A stretch of 64,000 bases of DNA. Source: Dimorphilus gyrociliatus. Taxonomy: Eukaryota; Animalia; Annelida. Shown here in pieces: positions 62,701 to 64,000 of this stretch (positions within the stretch are counted from its first letter, which is position 1; each line of letters opens with the position of its first letter). The notes below the pieces were generated by a model. The model searched no databases. It was not told the origin of the DNA and was given only the letters and a program-made list of their open reading frames with translations. Made by a program: the position numbers and the translations under genes. The stretch is taken from assembly GCA_904063045.1 (NCBI GenBank), contig CAJFCJ010000022.1:310001-374000 (forward strand). The letters run 5' to 3'.

Positions 62701-64000
62701 AAGAAAAAAAGTACTTATTACTTCTTTCACTTTTTTGTCTCTAAATAAATTAATATATTAATTAATACAAATATAAAAATAGAAGTACATTTATATAATA
62801 TTTCGATGTATAGAAATAGAGTATAACTATTGTCGTGCCTTCTTTTTATTTTATTACAATGTTCTTTTATCAATAAAGTTGTAAGTTCTAATTAATTCTT
62901 ACTGCAAAAAGTATTACTCTGAATGTTGTATTTGAAAATGTAAATGAGACACTAATACTTCCACTAAGATAAGCAGAGAACTACTAGAAGAGAAATGAAT
63001 TCGTGTTTTTCTGTTTTAGTAATTGCTCTTTTCTATATTCTCCTATACAGTATACATTATCTATGTATAGTAAAGTCATAACTACATTAAAAGTAATCCT
63101 GTCATTCTTCATTAATATTTTAGTAATATAATATGTTAAAATAGCAGAAATAAGAGTATTTATTTTTGCTTTGTTAGCGTAGTACAGTTATTTCAATACG
63201 AATGTTAGATTTTTGTTGTAAGTTGACTTTGTTATTCACAATTCTATGGTATTTATACATAATGTTCAAGTTAATTTTCTTTTATTATGAACAACTACAA
63301 AATGAATACTAATATACTTTGCCATAAGTTTGTGATTTAGCTTTAGAAAAACAGCGATAATTATGCCACCTACATTGAATATTTTTTGTTTGCCAATATG
63401 TATATATATATACTGTATATATAACGCATATATCTATATGAACACGTGATTCTCTCTTTTCCTTACGTGTTCTCATTATAAAAGGTAGATGGCATTATTA
63501 TAGGTAATTTCGGTATTCAAAAGTAATAATTACGTTGCTTATGCAAAGATAGGAAATGAAACGAATAAATATACTGTATATGCTGTATATATAATGGGAG
63601 AATAGTACAGTTCTTGGATATAAATAAGAAAAAGGGCAAATAATACCAAAAAAATGGAAGAAATAGAGAATTTCAGAAATTCCATTAACTCTTATAACTG
63701 AGAAATTTCACTAATGTAAAAGTTACATTATCATTAAAGGTTAGGGAAATCTTGATAAGAATAGCAATGAAATCTTGTTTACAGATTATAAACGAAAGAT
63801 TGTTTTTATTATTAATTAAAGATGAAAACTTAAAACTTCTATAAACTTGATCATTTCTCCTCCAAAATATTCTCTTAAATACTTTTCTTTTCGTATTTTC
63901 CATCCTTTTCATTTAATACTTTATGAATAATAATAATATAAAAGCGATATAAGAGAGTTTCACCTAAATGCGGTAATGAAAATCTCCTGAAACGTATAAT

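Noticed and set aside
1-64000. tRNA, rRNA, snRNA, CRISPR array, intact transposase or reverse transcriptase
   Set aside because: No T-loop/cloverleaf, U-snRNA 5' signature, regularly spaced repeat-spacer array, or DDE/RT motif seen by eye. tRNAscan-SE, Infernal and RepeatModeler would be decisive.

Overview
AT-rich (roughly 70% AT, estimated by eye) eukaryotic genomic DNA with very short (about 50-100 nt) GT-AG introns and many TA/GA microsatellites. This fits a compact invertebrate genome; the CIWKVC neuropeptide points to a lophotrochozoan, and the annelid Dimorphilus gyrociliatus is only a guess. From left to right: a gene-poor first 14 kb; an intronless type II membrane GT-A glycosyltransferase; an unresolved minus-strand gene or genes at 21.8-23.9 kb; a >1,500 aa charged protein with two internal repeat families and an EF-hand-like C-terminus; a 9-exon secreted protein with discoidin-like modules and a PAN/apple domain; a 4-TM LAPTM-like protein with three PY motifs; a small two-exon urotensin II/somatostatin-like neuropeptide precursor whose peptide-coding exon is absent from the ORF track; an SLC52-like transporter; a divergent AMPK gamma subunit; a heavily decayed, intron-containing ACSF2-like pseudogene; and three tandem intronless orphan class A GPCRs. 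No rRNA, tRNA, CRISPR array or intact transposase was seen. All exon models were derived by hand from splice sites, phase and open frames. Family assignments come from remembered motifs, not from database searches.
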